Origin: Styela clava
Taxonomy: Eukaryota
Reading direction: 5' to 3'
Length of the DNA stretch: 64,000 bases
Assembly: GCF_964204865.1 (NCBI RefSeq)
Contig: NC_135261.1
Location: 11,346,001 to 11,410,000 of the forward strand
Part shown: positions 25,414 through 35,759 of the stretch, in pieces
How positions within the stretch are numbered: position 1 is the first letter of the stretch
Layout of the letters: each line of letters opens with the position of its first letter
Position numbers and translations under genes: made by a program
The notes under the pieces: generated by a model
Databases searched by the model: none
What the model saw: the letters and a program-made list of their open reading frames with translations, nothing else
Told to the model about the DNA's origin: nothing

Positions 25414-27588
25414 CTTTCAACGTCTACCATTTCAATTCCACCTTTCATTTTTGGGTCAATCAATGTTTTACGTTTGATTCTTCCCCAATTTGAATTCCAT
25501 AAACGAAATATTAAAGAATTCAGTGATTTAACAAATTTTTTGGGAATAGTAACAGGTAAAAATGTAAATTGATATGTAAAGAGCGATAGAATTCATGATT
25601 TGATTACACATACTTTTCCTAGAATTGTTAAATTTCTCCTACGCCAAATTTGGATAATGTTTTGTACTTGCTGCAACATAAACGGTAAGTTAAGTTCATA
25701 TAGTTGTTTCAAATCAGCCGTAATTGTAATTCTCAATAATTTAAACTCATAAGTCCAGTTGAGATTGTGATGAATATTTTGTTCAATTATGCCACATTCA
25801 GTTTCAATATTCATTGCTTGTGATTTTCAGCATTTGTTTTGCATCCTGATATAGTTCAGCTGTTCGAAATAAGGTTTCAATGCTTTTAGATGAATCATCA
25901 GTGAAGACTATTGTATCATCTGCAGCTAGGGCTATTTTAATTTCGTTTTCTGCAATTTTATATCCAGTGATATCTTTATTATTACGAACCATCGTTGCGA
26001 AAATTTCTATTACTACAAGGAATAAATACGATGAGATTGGGTCGCCCTGATTAAGCCCGAATGCTATTAGCGACTGGAACAGGAAACGCCATACGACACT
26101 ATCAAATATCCAATCCAATAATTGTACCAGGTATTTCATTGTATGTTGTATGGTTTATTATATCGCAAAGTAATCGTATGTTTTCTCCCATTTGTCTGTT
26201 TTGAATAAAACCTCTTTGATCTTTGTGAATTATATTGTTCATTACTGTTTGGATTTGTGTCGTGAGAACTTTACTTAAAATTTTGTAATCCGTATTCAAT
26301 AGAGTAATGGGTAGATAGTTTTTTAAATTATCGGCGTCTTTTCCTTTCTTCAATATGAGGGTTATTATTCCATCACATTGAGTTTGGCTCATGTGACCAG
26401 TGATACACGCCTGGTTATAACATTTCAGCAGAGAGTCTTTCAAATCTTCGCAAAAGATTTTAGGTTAATAACGACCAACTCGACTTAATAGCGCAGACAT
26501 GCGGAGATAATATCATAACAACACAATTACACTTGGATATATAAAACAAGCCCATATTTGTCTGTGATGATAGATCGTCCGGAAAAAGAGCGTTGACAAT
26601 GTAGTCATTTTTTCCTAACTCAGGCTTTTTTGTCGTTGTTTAATTGACCCCCGTGTCCATAAAATTAGACATTGTCTTCCTTAATATATATACGAATCAT
26701 GGCAGAGCCCACAAACACTAAGACAGACACCTGGAAATTATACATTGTGAATAAAATAGTGTTTGCGTCCCAACGCCGCATCATCTCTTCTCCTTGTTTC
26801 GATGCAAGTTTCAATGACTTGCGCCATAAAATACATGCGTATAATGAAAAGAATTGTTCTATTCACAAAAGTCTAGTAATACTTTTTGGCGTTAGGATAT
26901 TATACTTGTTGAAGGAGCAACTGGAACGCGTATTTAATTGAAACATTCTACGCAAATTGTTGAAATTAACTTTGGTTTGAAGATGAATGGGGTGATTTCC
27001 GAGTGCAATTATGCCTGAACACAAGTTTTAACAAATTTTGATGATGGCTGATCTTCGGTTTTCAATTATCCACTTCTTACAGGATGTAATCACAAACATT
27101 GTTTTGCTTACAATTTTTGAGCATCTATTATCTAAACAATGACATGTTTGGTTTGATTGACGTTGTCAAACGATATTTGACGCGAGTCAAAAGTCGAGTT
27201 GCACATTGGCATATAAAACTTTTCCAGAAATAGAAATATTTATGCATGAGAAGAATCCGGGAAATATTGATGATATATAGAAATTTGTTTCGAATTACAA
27301 AAATATATCTCAAAATCCATATTTTTAAAGGCGCCCAATATGAAACTGTCCGCTAGTTGCAGGGGATGTAGTTGAATTATTTTTTGGAGATTCAGTATTC
27401 TCGGAGAATGACAACGTCAATCAATCAATCAATCAATCTATCGAAACATCAACATTTTGCTTCTAAAGTCTGCATACGTGTATGCAAAATAAACTGTTTG
27501 CTCTACAATAAAGATATAAGTGTTTCATCGAAAAACAAATGTTTTACTTGTGTTTAATATGCATGTGTGATGTTCACACTCTTTGAGG

Positions 27589-27711
27589 CAGGGGTAGGCA
27601 ACCTAAGGCCTGCGGGGCGAGAATCCTGCCCGCGACGTTTCACTGAAATATAGTAACAAAACACCCGTTTCGACGATTATATTCTATACGTAACAGAATT
27701 TATTGTGAGAC
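27589..27711 (+). mobile_element. hAT-Charlie-like element, left-end remnant (units 1-3)
   Basis: CAGGGGTAGGCAACC TIR followed by GGCC.GCGGG; the matching right TIR is seen only in unit 4 (60373-60387). Confidence 0.7.
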
Positions 27712-28171
27712 GAGCAAATAAAGCAAATCATAACTATAGCGATTAAAAAAAAAACGTTACAAACTTGGCGCAAGACTCATTGCTGCTAAAAGGTCGCAAG
27801 TATGCAAGTATGCAATTATTTCGCTCACGACCAACTCGACCTAAAAGCGGGGACAAGCGAAAATGATATTATGACAACACAATTACACTTTGATATATGA
27901 ATCAAATCCATATTTGCTTGTGATAATAGATCGTCCGTAAAAATGGCGTTGAAAATGTAGTTATTTCTTCTTAACTTGAACTTTTTTTCGTTGTGAATTG
28001 ACCCTCGTGTCCATAAAATTGGACATTGCTCTCTTATATATATACGAATCATTGAAAGGTCTACAATTATTAGAAAGACAACAGTAATTACACATAGTAA
28101 ATAAAATAACTGATGAAAACCCTTTTTCTTTGAAGGAGATCACAGGTCATGGAAGTTTAAGGACCGCTGTT

Positions 28172-28510
28172 AGGATAGGATAGGATTCACATATTTATCC
28201 CGGGGGAGAAGAAAGCCGATAAGACGGCTTATCCATATGGCGAACCACGGCCTCTCGTCCGGTTACCATTCCAAGTCCGGTATGTGATTAGTTATATTGT
28301 TTGTTTTTGAAAGCATGGACTTGGTGGTGGAGGAAGCTGTAACCGACCAGCCGTTACGTGAACCACCCAGCGACGGCGAGGAGTCCAGCAAGCCGCTCGC
28401 ACATAACCATCCCTGCATGGGATTCGAACCTGCGAACCTACGCAGAGTAATTAGAGGTGCGGTGGCGAGCGTATTTCTAACGCTTCACCCGTTGAGCCAC
28501 ACCGCCGCGC
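28172..28510 (-). mobile_element. tRNA-derived SINE, unit 1
   Basis: Minus strand: GGCGGTGTGGCTCAACGGG (A-box-like), GGTTCGAATCC (B box, 28420-28430), (ATCCT)n tail; possible CTGTT TSD (28167-28171, 28511-28515); related copies in MYO18 introns. Confidence 0.85.
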
Positions 28511-30384
28511 CTGTTCTAGTTGCTGACGCGCCAACGTCGCATCATCTCTTCTCCTTGCTTGGATGCAAGTTTCAATGACTTGCGTCAAGACATACGTGTG
28601 CATAATGACGAGAATTGTTTTATTCAAGAAAGTCTACAAATAGATTTCGACGATGAGATTTTATACTTGTAGATAGAGCAACTGCACCGCGTTTTTTATT
28701 AAACATTCTTCGCAAATTGTTGAAACTGACTTCGGTTTGAAGATGAATGAAGTGATGTTCGAGTGCAATTATGCCTGAACACGAGTTCTAACAAATTTTG
28801 ATGATGGCTGATTCTCGGTTTTCGATTATCCACTTCTTAAAGGGTGTAATCACAAACATTGTTTTGCTTACAATTTGTGAGCATCTATTATCTAAACAAA
28901 GACATGTTTGGTTTGATTGACGTTGTTAAACAATATTTGAAGCAATTCAAAAGTCGACACACATTAGCATGTTGAACTTCTCCAGAAATAGAAATATTTA
29001 TGCATGAGCAGAATCCGGAAAATATTGATGAAGTATGGAAATTTCGTTCGAATTACAAAAAAAATATCTCAAAGTCCATATTTTTGAAGGCGCCTAATAT
29101 GAAACTATCCGCTAGATGTTAGGTAAGCAGTTGAAATATTCTTTTCGGATTCAGTATTCTCGGAGAATGACAACGTCAATCAATCAATCAATCTATCGAA
29201 ATATCAACGTTTTGCTTCCAAAGTTTGCATACATGTATGCAAAATAAATTGTTTGTTCTAACATACGGATATAAGTGCTTCATCGAAAACAAACGTTTTA
29301 AATGTGATATCATTTATACGGATATGACAGCTCTTCATCAAAAATATAATAATCTTCAAAATTGGTATTTAACTCGACATTTTGTGTTTTTGCCTTGAAT
29401 GCGATGGAAATTCACTTAAATTATTTAGTACTTTTCAACTTTACCATGTTGAAGTAGGATTCAAATGTTTTGAGAATTCCAAATTCCAAAATAAAATTTT
29501 CGACTCCGAGACCTGTGACGAAACGTTATGAAACTGGATATTTCAACTTTATTGGTGTTGTCTCGACATTAATTCAATCGGTATCTTTTCATTTGGGGGT
29601 TGTGGTTGGCGTTAGATATATATAATATATGTTTAAATGCCAGCAATTGAACAGAACATAAAATTCGTTTTGAAATTAATTGGACTATTCTACACTAATT
29701 TCTGCTTTATCATTTTGAAGGTGAAAAAATAGTTCCAACTCCAATACCACTGACAACGAGTGAAATATTCTTCGTGTGCAAAATTCATGTTCAAATAACT
29801 CATATTACAGTGTTCAATCATTATGGCTATTTCAGATACAATGTTGATGCTCATATAATCAGGGAAAATTTTTGATTGATTGACGCTGTCAAGCATGAGA
29901 ACGTCAATCAATCTATGATTCAAAAGTCGTACATTTTGATTGTTAAAATAATTGTATGCGTATGCCAATAAGTAAATAATAAAAATAAAGTGTCGTTGAA
30001 AAACTGCTATGTTTTTAGTAATGCTCTTCAATTGGATGTAATACCTGTTGACTAACTATCTTCAATCCTGAAGTTATATTTATATAAACAATGCGCACTG
30101 ATGAAGTGAATAGCTATGCCGAGGTGGTATCCTATTAGTTGAAAAATAATGTACTTCACAATATAAAGATTAATTAACAATTACCATTTTACTAAATGCA
30201 CAATGATGGAAGATTTAAATGAAATAAACTGAACTTTCTGTTATAACTACGGCATAGCGATTCGAGGCAAACATTTGTTGCGCTTATGACAATTTCAATC
30301 ATTGTGGTCGAGACAAGAGATCACTAATGTAACATTAAAACCCAAATGAGCTGATACTTGAATTTGGAGGGAGGGGAGAAATCC

Positions 30385-30392
30385 TATATATA
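30385..30392 (+). promoter_or_regulatory. TATA box of the amplified secreted-protein gene (same in all 4 copies)
   Basis: CCTATATATACAAG 65 nt upstream of the ATG, after GGAGGGAGGGGAG. Confidence 0.65.
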
Positions 30393-30449
30393 CAAGCGCA
30401 CAACAGGGCTTTGACAAGTCGTTGTTCAACAACCTGAATAAAGACGATC

Positions 30450-33105
30450 ATGAAGATTCTATTGTTACTTCTAGGCTGTTTGGCCGTAAGTATTTGATAA
30501 ATAGTGCCCTTCATGTCTTTTTATCAATTTTGCCAAAATTATAATGTTTACAGGTTGCCAATGCCGCTTTATACCAACCAAGTCATTGCGGATATGTTAC
30601 TTACAATGTTGGGCAATTTTACCGAATCAATTACGGATGTTACAGTTTCCGAAGCTACTACTGTCCTGCTTGGTTCACAACGAAATATTACTCTAATGTT
30701 CTGAAGAGCTATCCAGGAGAGAAATGCACAGAGGATGGATTCGTAGGTAATTCAGAATTGTATCTTGATATGTTTTCCTGAATAATTTGAGAAACACACA
30801 TTTTGAGGGCATGAATTTTTGTATTATAGAGATGACGGTCGACGTTTTTGAAGCTGAAGTTAAAAAACAATTGAAAGAAGTGGCCGATAAAATATATCTT
30901 GATATGCAACAAAAATATGAAGATTGGGATGAAACTGCAACAAATCAAAATACCGAGGCAAAGAAAAAGCACGAAGACGCTATCGAGGAATATGCAAAGC
31001 AGTATTTGAGGTTTGTATTTCTTCTTACAATTTTTTCTTACGTATTCTTTTTTTACTCAAATTACTAACATCGTGAATTTTTAGAATTACGGGATTGCAG
31101 GAAGAGTCAGAAGAAATGAAGGAGACCAACAAGAAGGCTATTGAAAATTATAATACAAAACTAGATTCATTGTTGGAAGAGGCAAAAAAAAATTATAACG
31201 ATGACATGCAGAAAAGATACGCTTGTGTGCTGGAATATCACGAAAAACTTGTCGAGAGGTGGGTTACTGTAAGTTTAAATGTCCGTTTACAAGAGAACGA
31301 AAATTCGAACCTTTCTTATTTCAGGTCTGTTACATGCTTCACCAATCGTTTAGCTAAAATAGCAGAATACAAAGAAGCTCTCGAAAAGCGCGTGACAGAG
31401 TACGAGACAAAGTATAAATGTGTCATGGAAGCCATCGTGAAACAGAGATCTGAAGTGTTCCAAAAACTCATATACAGAGCCCATTGTAAGTTTTTTCTAT
31501 TCTTTCGAATTTTGCACATACTTTTATTCATAATGGAACTTTACATCTAGGTTCTGAGGATTGGAACGAAGCAGAGGTTAATGCAGTTTTGGAGGCTTTC
31601 AAAACTAAAGAAACTCAATCATATCAAACACAGTTGGATGAATACACTACGAAGCTAACTGCAGCTATCGCAGAACTTGTGAAAAGCTACGCATGCGCTT
31701 ATCAGTGCGCTTACGGCGGAACTCTCTGTTTTGGCAGAAGTCAATTTTACACCAATTGGTAATTATAAATAAATGGAAGGTACATAGTATATATCAATAT
31801 AATTCTACTCCTGGTTTTTTCTTTATAGTCGAAGTATCGGGAAATGGTGGACGTACAGAATTACCACCCAAAGAAGTTGCTTCCGTTTCTTGACCTACAA
31901 ATTCCAATACAGGACAATCCAATACAAGCAACTGAAAAAATGTGAAACCGGTTAGTGCAATTCCTAAAAATTTTCCACAATTGTCTTTATGTTTCACTGA
32001 ATTTAATATTTTTATTACACTTAAGATGAAGTTAATATCACCGAACAAAAATTCAAAGAAGACCTTGATACCAAAGCTAAGACAATAATTGAATCTATGA
32101 AGAAAACATATGCTGAATGGTTTGCACAAGCAGAAATAACTAATCAGAAGGCATTGGAGTCTTTCAAAAAGATTGTTGATGAGAGACACAAATGTTTAAT
32201 AACGTATTATAAAGCAAATTGCTTAGTAAAGTAAGTGTCACAGTGAATAAGTATATCATAAGATGACATTTGGCACAATTGCTCTTTATATTTCCAGAAA
32301 CAATTGCATCACAGCAGACAACTTGACTTCCCTAGAAGAATATCAGAAATCATTAGACGAACAAAAGAAAGAAGCGATTGCAGAGTATGAAAAAAAGCTT
32401 GAGGAGCGCCTTTCTCGCGCTTCCAAGGCATACACTGACATGATTGATTGCCACGAGCAAAGGATCAATGAGCGAATTGCCAAATATGTTGCACAATATG
32501 CATCATGCCTATCTACCAGAAAGACAAAGATCGAAAACTACGAAAAGTGCTTATCGGAACGGTTTGAAAGAAGACTGAAATGCATTACAGAAAGATTGGA
32601 AAAGGTTGGCAGTGTGAAATTTTGTTCAAAAAATATGTATATATATTTATATAATTCTTGCAAAAATGTTTAGATTTCCCAACTCAGAATGGAACAGTAT
32701 TTGAAACTGCTTGAATTTTATATGGGCAAACCACTCGGCAACGAAGCTCAAGCATTGTACGACGCCTACCAAGCAAAAACGGAGACGGAACTCGCCGATA
32801 TAGTGACCAAGATTAAAGGAGACTGGGAGAAACATCTAAGTGATCTGAAGGAGCATTACGCTTGTGGATTCAAATGCACATACTGTGTGCAACTTCGAGA
32901 ACTCAGGATCCATTATAATTATCGCTGCGTGTTACCCACGTCTTCATCTTATTGCTTTGCTTACAAGCAATTCTGGTAAGTCATAGATACGTAATTGAAT
33001 TGAATCAAATTTTTCCCTGTTTAACAAATTCCTATTTTTAGCACGTACAAATCCTACCGCATTGTCAAGTATGGCGGATGCTTCAGATATGTCAGATGTG
33101 TATAA
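30450..33105 (+). CDS. Secreted 650-aa helical/Tyr-Cys-rich protein, copy 1 (11 exons, intact)
   Basis: Exons 30450-30485, 30554-30746, 30830-31010, 31085-31258, 31325-31485, 31551-31758, 31829-31950, 32026-32230, 32298-32604, 32674-32975, 33042-33105. All introns GT-AG and phase-consistent; total 1953 nt = 650 aa + TAA. Signal peptide MKILLLLLGCLAVANA; TATA upstream, AATAAA downstream. Confidence 0.92.
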
Positions 33106-33217
33106 ACGCCGGCAACATCAACCGAACGACAAGCGATCATGAAAATATTATTCATTTTAGTTTTAGATTAGGCTGATGAATTTATGCCAATTGCATTTAC
33201 CATCTGATGATATTGAC

Positions 33218-33223
33218 AATAAA
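33218..33223 (+). terminator. Polyadenylation signal of the secreted-protein gene
   Basis: AATAAA ~112 nt after TAA; conserved in copies 2 and 3. Confidence 0.7.
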
Positions 33224-33266
33224 TTCTAAGCAAATGCAAATAGAAGTGTTAAAATGTGGTTAGAGG

Positions 33267-33542
33267 CAATGTTCCCTCTAATTTCTTGTAGTATGTGTGC
33301 GCAGAAATTTTGGTATGTGCGCACTTTTTTGGAAATGGCTAATATTTGTGCAAAAACCAATGAAGAAATTTTGGCGTTCTAACCGGGTAATGGGTGGGCC
33401 AACAACAAACTTTCTCAACCTACCAACCGAGAAAATTGTTACATTACATCGAAATACGTCTGTGCGCAGTAAATCTATGCGTGTGCGCAGCCTCTGAAAG
33501 CTGTGTGCGCGCGCACACGCGCACACCTTAGAGGGAACACTG
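33267..33542. mobile_element. hAT MITE (276 bp), unit 1 only
   Basis: TIRs CAATGTTCCCTCTAA / TTAGAGGGAACACTG; 8-bp TSD GTTAGAGG (33259-33266, 33543-33550); single GTTAGAGG at the same place in units 2 and 3; subterminal TGTGCGC repeats. Confidence 0.95.
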
Positions 33543-35759
33543 GTTAGAGGCATCTGTAGTGACCGGGATTTGAAAGTACGTGTGGATTGAACACTATTTC
33601 TATACCTTTACATGTAAAATTGTATTATGTAATAACATCAGTTACATACTTCGCAAAGCACAAAGCGCATTATTTTTCGACATGCATGCTTCATACTCCG
33701 TGTAACCCCCTTTATTTGCGACCCGGTAACGCCAGGGTGCAAATAGTAGAAAAAGCTGTTGTGTGGAAAATGCATTTCCCAAATCCTTGTTCAAGCACAA
33801 CCGATTTTTTCAAACTTATCATGAAAATTGTACTTCTAAAAATTGATAACGCGAGATGAAACCTTGAGCGATGCACAAGAAAACATCAAAATGGGAAATA
33901 CAGGTCAACTTGTTACGTTCAGGAATGACAAATGTTGGATGAGAAATGGAATTATAATGAAAATAATGTCTCTGAACAATCATATTATTGCAAATTCCGC
34001 AATTACGAAATATTAATACCATAACGGTAATATTTATGCTCCGGAAAAGAAAGTTTAAGAATCCTCACGTAAACTTCACAATCTGGTAATAATGACAACA
34101 TTAAATACAAAAACACCAGTAAAATTCAAATCATGCAAATCTCAGTATTTTCCGGTAACCGGGGCTTAAATTTGAAATATTCGTTTAAATTCACATATTT
34201 GTCCAGATAGTTTTGCAATAATTCAAGCATCTTCCAGATAAATTCAATTTTTACAGACTTGACGACATTTTTTGTAGAGTTCAAAATTCTACAAATTTTC
34301 TTCGAAATATTCGAAAATTTGAGATGTCATCAAAATTATACAATTGCGATATATTAGTCTTCTCTTCAACGATACACTCAAATTTTTAGGTAAGGTTCGA
34401 AATAATTGATTATTTTATAAATGAATGCAAATTTCACAAAATTGCCAATATTCGACCAACAGAAAATTCGGAACATCGATGGATGTTACTACAATTTTCA
34501 TAGTGCGATGTTTTGTCTTCTATAAACCGCGAATTCTAATTTTTACACTCGGGATTGGAAAAAATCGATATAATGCGAATATCTTTTGAATATATTTAAT
34601 TTTTACAAAGTTGACAACACTCAAATCTCAAAAATTGCTGGATATCACAAATATATTTTTTACCATAATACCTTCTGACATTGGTCCTCTCTCTATTTAA
34701 CGCAAAATTCAGGGTCTTGAACTTGGAACCGGAATTCTTTAAATGATGCAATTATCTGATAAACATGAGGGCCTTACACAAATATATGGACACGAGAACC
34801 GAAACGAAACAATTCACCATCAATTCCCAGAAAACCATGCAATGTGCTTAACGAAGCTGTATTTTAAAACAGCTAATGTACGATAACTTACCAGTATGTT
34901 TAAAATGTTCGTTCCAATTTGAAAATTTTGTCCGAAATCAGGCAATCCAATACACTGCGCTTTTTAGCCTAAATATGTGGACTCTTTGACTAGTTTGAAG
35001 ACAGGCAATGATATGCCAATTCATAAATTTTGTCCCAAGTTAGGCAATGTCATGCAAATTTAAAATTTTTGTCCGGAATTTTGCAATTCCATTTTTTTGG
35101 TTAATGAAATTTATTCCACTACCAGACATTTGATATGCTCGACACTTACGCTATTAGAACTGAAATCTTCAATATGTTTTCTGTTTATAATACAGTAATA
35201 GTTTGTAACGAAACTTTCTTTATGAAAAAGCCTGCGACTTGTTCTTCGCGACTTACCGTACCTCGATGAGCAACACATCGCTTAAAAGGCGTGCTATTCC
35301 TAATTTTGATCAGGTCATCGTACACGGAAAAAAAATTCCATGAATCCCACAAAAACTTTGGAAAGGAATAAAAGTTCTAGTCTTCTAGCGAACAATACAA
35401 TCTTTGACCACTGGAAATTTCAAAGCAATTGTTCCAGTATTTAGAAAGAAAAATAAAAGATCAGAAGAAAATAACAAGTACAACATAATAACAAAACAAC
35501 ATATTATCACCCTGATAAAACATTAGGTTCAATTTTTTCGAAATTTGGCAGGAATTTCACTTGAATAGCGATGGTTCTGGAAACATCAATGCACTTTCAT
35601 CACCAAAAAATTGTACGACATCTTAACGTCAAAAAACGACAACATAAGGAAAATCCAGTTTCTAATCAATGTACATGTATTGTTAATATAAAAAATAAAA
35701 CCAATGCGCAACGGTGAACAATCGAATCACAGTTGAAAATAAGTGAATAGAGAATTCCT

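Larger units (their letters stand above)
16790..26460 (-). pseudogene. Decayed, 5'-truncated Tx1/L1-clade LINE ORF2 (RT + C-terminal part), split by the BEL insertion
   Basis: Minus-strand fragments NYLPITLLNTDYKILSKVL..IIHKDQRGFIQNRQMGENIR, QGDPISSYLFLVVIE, ALAADDT (degenerate YADD), WRRRNLTILGKVCVIKS; frameshifts and internal deletions. Actual LINE sequence is ~16790-17134 plus 25414-26460. Confidence 0.85.
26471..29530 (+). repeat. Old diverged direct duplication inside each unit (A 26471-27545; A' 27827-29530, interrupted by the SINE)
   Basis: Both start ACGACCAACTCGAC and share CCACTTCTTA.AGG.TGTAATCACAAACATTGTTTTGCTTAC and GAATGACAACGTCAATCAATCAATC; clearly more diverged from each other than the units are. 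Confidence 0.85.

Noticed and set aside
28400-28510. tRNA gene
   Set aside because: A/B boxes are present but I could not form a cloverleaf; it is attached to a SINE body and tail with dispersed decayed copies.
28297-28578. 93-aa ORF repeated four times
   Set aside because: Antisense reading of the SINE; recurrence only reflects the segmental duplication.
29690-30031. 113-aa minus-strand ORF identical in all units (possible divergent gene)
   Set aside because: TTG start, AT-rich composition, no splice structure or motifs; flanking non-coding DNA is equally conserved.
31794-32189. 131-aa minus-strand ORF
   Set aside because: Antisense to exons 7-8 of the secreted-protein gene and crosses its intron.
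30450-33105. Amplified gene as further MYO18 exons, an intermediate filament or a TE gene
   Set aside because: It has its own TATA, ATG, signal peptide and poly(A) signal; no IF rod-end consensus, myosin-tail or transposase motifs.
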